This document shows positions 61,097 through 64,000 of a stretch of 64,000 nt of DNA, piece after piece. Position 1 is the stretch's first letter, and every line of letters begins with the position of its first letter. Both the position numbers and the translations under genes were made by a program. The stretch comes from an uncultured bacterium (lineage in GTDB: Bacteria; Zixibacteria; MSB-5A5; UBA10806): contig CBEUCH010000015.1 of NCBI GenBank assembly GCA_965541585.1, positions 22,317 to 86,316 on the forward strand, written 5' to 3'. Below the pieces are notes generated by a model, which saw only the letters and a program-made list of their open reading frames with translations, did no database searches and was not told the DNA's origin.

Positions 61097-61519
61097 AACG
61101 AGAGAGGCACCGCATAACAATTGCATGAAAACGAACAGATTCTGTCAGAGCCTCGAACGCGGCGATACAGAGTTTGACTGCGGGTCGTTGAATTGCTATC
61201 TTCAGAATCAAGATCAATGTCACAAGGTTAAGAGAATGCAAATCCAATGTGAGCGAGAAGTGAAGCTATTCGGCAAAATCATTGCTTTCCTCCGCCGGCT
61301 GTTCGCCAGCCTGATCTGGTTCGCGGCGGCCCCGAAGGACTGGGATCCGGATCTGAAAGACTTCGAGGTGAAGATGGAGGATGGATATATAGAGCAGGTG
61401 GGCAGAGGTGAAGGAAAGGCGAATGGTGAGTGACGCGGATTCTTGTATTGATAAGAATAATAATGAGAAGACCAGCGACGGAGGTATGGACCTTAACTAT
61501 AATTAAGGAGTGATTTAAT

Positions 61520-62737
61520 TTGAAGGAGAAGAACGGGACTTCCCGTAAGAAGCAAAATAAACGGCTGCGCTATTTCACTTACTTAATCATTTGGTTTCTA
61601 GCCTTCTTGATTCTTCTTGATATAAAATTCTTTGAGTTGCTTCCTAAAGAGGTAATTCCGGGAACCATTTATTTGATTTTATTGGATTATTCTATTCTCA
61701 TATATTTGCTCTTAGCTATTGTTGCAATTCTTATTTTTGGCCTCGGTAAAGTCATATCTTTTCTGATTGGATTATTGTCATTTCCATTGTACCTCTTGTT
61801 CTGGTTTCTTCCAAAAAAAAGTTTTAAAATGGCATTATCTGCTTGTAGTCTATTATCAAGAGCTGCATCCTTCACGAATACAATGACTTACAAGATTGCT
61901 TTGGTGTTAATTTTCGTTCTTTCGTCTTATATAATATTCAGCATTGACCACCGGATTTTGATTATTATCTCAATGGCATTCCTTCTGCTAGTGCTCGGGC
62001 TCCATTTAGCAAGACGGTTCTATACCATTTCAAAACCCGTTATCCTATTTCATAGGATAGAAAAGTTGCTTTTCAATATGTGGGAAAAATATAGCAAAAA
62101 TACTATTTCTCAGGGCATTAAGGAATGGAAGCAAATGGATTCAAATGATGCGAATTACAAAGAAAAATGGAGATCGGCTCTGAATGCGCTTTGGTTTTCA
62201 AATCGGATTTTCTATAGGTTTGCGCAGTATCTCAAAAAACTAGAGGGTAATAGATTTTTAGCGGCATATTTTATTTTTGCAGTATCCCTCACCTTATTTC
62301 TTACGATATTGATTTTTGGAATAGAATACTACGCTTTAATCAAACTTTCTGAGGATAGTGTGCGTGGAATAGCCAAAGCCAATATTCTCGATTGTTTATA
62401 TTTTAGCTTTACGACTATTACGACAGTGAATTTCGGAGATATCTTACCGGTAAATGGAGCAGCACGAGGATTAGTATTGTTAGAAATTATTTGTGGAATG
62501 TTAATTTTGGTTATTCTGTTTTTCGTATTCACGACGGTGACATTAGAAAAATACAAGAGAGATTTAGATGAATTTGTAAATTCTTTGGAACATAAAGAGC
62601 ATGAAATAAAGAAAATGATAGAGGTTGAATACGGAAAAAAAATAGGAGAACTGTTGCCAGAACTGGTTAGTTCGACAGATCAGGAAGGCAGAGGATACAA
62701 ATTCATCAAACTGGATGAGGACGAGCTTCCAGAATAG
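61520..62737 (+). CDS. Membrane protein with a potassium-channel-like pore domain (variant filter TVNFGD)
   Basis: Many TM helices; LYFSFTTITTVNFGDILP. Confidence 0.75.
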   Translation: MKEKNGTSRKKQNKRLRYFTYLIIWFLAFLILLDIKFFELLPKEVIPGTIYLILLDYSILIYLLLAIVAILIFGLGKVISFLIGLLSFPLYLLFWFLPKKSFKMALSACSLLSRAASFTNTMTYKIALVLIFVLSSYIIFSIDHRILIIISMAFLLLVLGLHLARRFYTISKPVILFHRIEKLLFNMWEKYSKNTISQGIKEWKQMDSNDANYKEKWRSALNALWFSNRIFYRFAQYLKKLEGNRFLAAYFIFAVSLTLFLTILIFGIEYYALIKLSEDSVRGIAKANILDCLYFSFTTITTVNFGDILPVNGAARGLVLLEIICGMLILVILFFVFTTVTLEKYKRDLDEFVNSLEHKEHEIKKMIEVEYGKKIGELLPELVSSTDQEGRGYKFIKLDEDELPE

Positions 62738-62810
62738 TCCATAAGGTTTTGATGAAACATCTTAAATATGATAACAGAAGATCTTGGATTCTAATTACGG
62801 AAATCTCAAT

Positions 62811-63764
62811 ATGAATTATTGGTTGACAACACAGTGGCCCACAGTAATGGGTGAAGAATATTCTGGCCCTCATGGCGTATATCTTCCGAATGGACGTCAA
62901 GAAGCTGCAATAGAATTGAAACCTGGAGACCATGTGTTTATTTATCAATCCCGAACTGGTAGGGGCATAATAAGACGAAATATTTTTGGGAAAGATAGAA
63001 TTTTGAAACATAATATTGGACGGCAAGGGATAATAGCGTTGGAGGAAGTTTTATCAGAACTTGAAGAAGATATTCATATTTCTCCAGAAAATTATACTGA
63101 TGGCTCGACTATTTGGTGGAAATGGTATGCCAACACAAAGACAATATCAGAAATCGGTTTTGTCAACAAGAGATCAATTAATAATATTTTGGGCTACTCA
63201 TTAAATTATAGCCTAAGAGGATTTGGAGATTTAAAATCTGGATTAAAGCGGTTGACACCAGACCAATTCAATTCTCTTTTATCAGAATTCAACAGAATTC
63301 ATAATCGAAATATAAAGCTCGCTTTATCAAAAAAGCATCCTAAAAAATATAAAACACGGCCAGGGGAGAGATCCGAATCTAAGGAACATAAAGCGTTGAA
63401 AGAATACGTTGCTGCTCACCCCATTCGCGTTTTTAATGAAACGGGAATTAATACGCTTGCGGTTGAATATGAATTTTATACTGCGGATAGGGCCGATGTC
63501 GTATTACAAGATAAGTTTGGTAGAATAATCGGTCTCGAGGTTGAAGTATCGATGGGGCCGAAGGATTTAGCGGGTTTTCTTCAAGCGATAAAGTATAGAT
63601 TTATGTTGGCGCCGATGTTTAATATCAAATATAGCGACACCCGCGCTGCTTTAGTTGCCTATAGCCTATCTAGTGAAATTATAAAACTGTGCAAAGAATA
63701 TGATGTTGAATTCTATACAGTTGATAAATCTGATATTATAGATTGGTTTAGGAAAACACCTTGA
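62811..63764 (+). CDS. EVE/PUA-like N-terminal domain plus NucS-like PD-(D/E)xK endonuclease
   Basis: NYW...LKPGDHVFIY...GIIA; C-terminal EYEF...RADVV...GLEVE...Q..KY. Confidence 0.65.
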   Translation: MNYWLTTQWPTVMGEEYSGPHGVYLPNGRQEAAIELKPGDHVFIYQSRTGRGIIRRNIFGKDRILKHNIGRQGIIALEEVLSELEEDIHISPENYTDGSTIWWKWYANTKTISEIGFVNKRSINNILGYSLNYSLRGFGDLKSGLKRLTPDQFNSLLSEFNRIHNRNIKLALSKKHPKKYKTRPGERSESKEHKALKEYVAAHPIRVFNETGINTLAVEYEFYTADRADVVLQDKFGRIIGLEVEVSMGPKDLAGFLQAIKYRFMLAPMFNIKYSDTRAALVAYSLSSEIIKLCKEYDVEFYTVDKSDIIDWFRKTP

Positions 63765-64000
63765 TTTTGGGGAGTAATGTAAATCTAGGCTGTAGCCCGT
63801 CAGGGCCTACCGTGCCAAAAAGGCATTTGAGTTAGAAGACAGGATTTCCCCGCTTCAACAATACGATAATATGAAAAGGGGGCTTCGCGGAGTGTGTTGA
63901 CAATGAATTCCTGGACCGATTTATGGGGGGGGGTAGGTCAGTTGCTGGCTGGTGCCCGTGTTCTATCGCCATCTCTTGCGTCTGCTGCCGCTGTCATTGA

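Larger units (their letters stand above)
18171..64000. mobile_element. tRNA-Leu-integrated element / defence island with satellite-like backbone; right end not seen
   Basis: Integrase beside the tRNA 3' end, excisionase-like HTH, XRE, primase-helicase and iterons, then dense defence cargo with visibly AT-richer genes; no capsid, terminase or conjugation genes recognised. Confidence 0.8.

Noticed and set aside
61077..61433. 118-aa ORF
   Set aside because: Overlaps the upstream gene, lacks a clear SD and motif; at most a shorter ORF is real.
63925..63933. G9 homopolymer as a phase-variation tract
   Set aside because: Non-coding and at the window edge, with no linked gene visible.
18171..64000. 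attR (duplicated tRNA-Leu 3' end)
   Set aside because: No second copy found by eye; it may lie beyond the window or be degenerate, so the right boundary is not called.

Overview
The window has two parts. 1-18170 is host chromosome of an FCB-group-like bacterium; the PNPFN-type C-terminal sorting domains and a Cys-flanked dockerin-like tail suggest Zixibacteria, which is inference. It holds purD-purE-CDF-GlmU-like, galT-glgA, several secreted beta-propeller and beta-helix proteins, a TPR protein, DUF488, a prolyl oligopeptidase, and three tRNAs (Gly-GCC, Cys-GCA, Leu-TAA) in glyW-cysT-leuZ order but separated by inserted genes. From tRNA-Leu to the window end lies an integrative element or defence island with no right attachment site seen. 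Its backbone is satellite-like: tyrosine integrase, excisionase-like HTH, a leaderless XRE repressor, DUF5659-like protein, primase-SF3 helicase and a TGTCACC iteron cluster. Cargo: an orphan CARF-AAA+ regulator with a degenerate GAFTGA loop and Walker B; a type I RM system with intercalated genes plus a RloC-like anticodon nuclease; GIY-YIG/RAMA; a RecD-like helicase-nuclease; PD-(D/E)xK and HEPN proteins; and an EVE-like/NucS-like nuclease. It also carries a complete ubiquitin-like operon (Ubl-E2-JAB-E1 plus two coupled micro-ORFs) and a coupled five-gene MTase-unknown-ATPase-unknown-ADP-ribosylglycohydrolase operon. The best candidates for undescribed biology are these last two operons and the CARF-AAA+ regulator. 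All family assignments come from motifs read by eye; no database searches were run.
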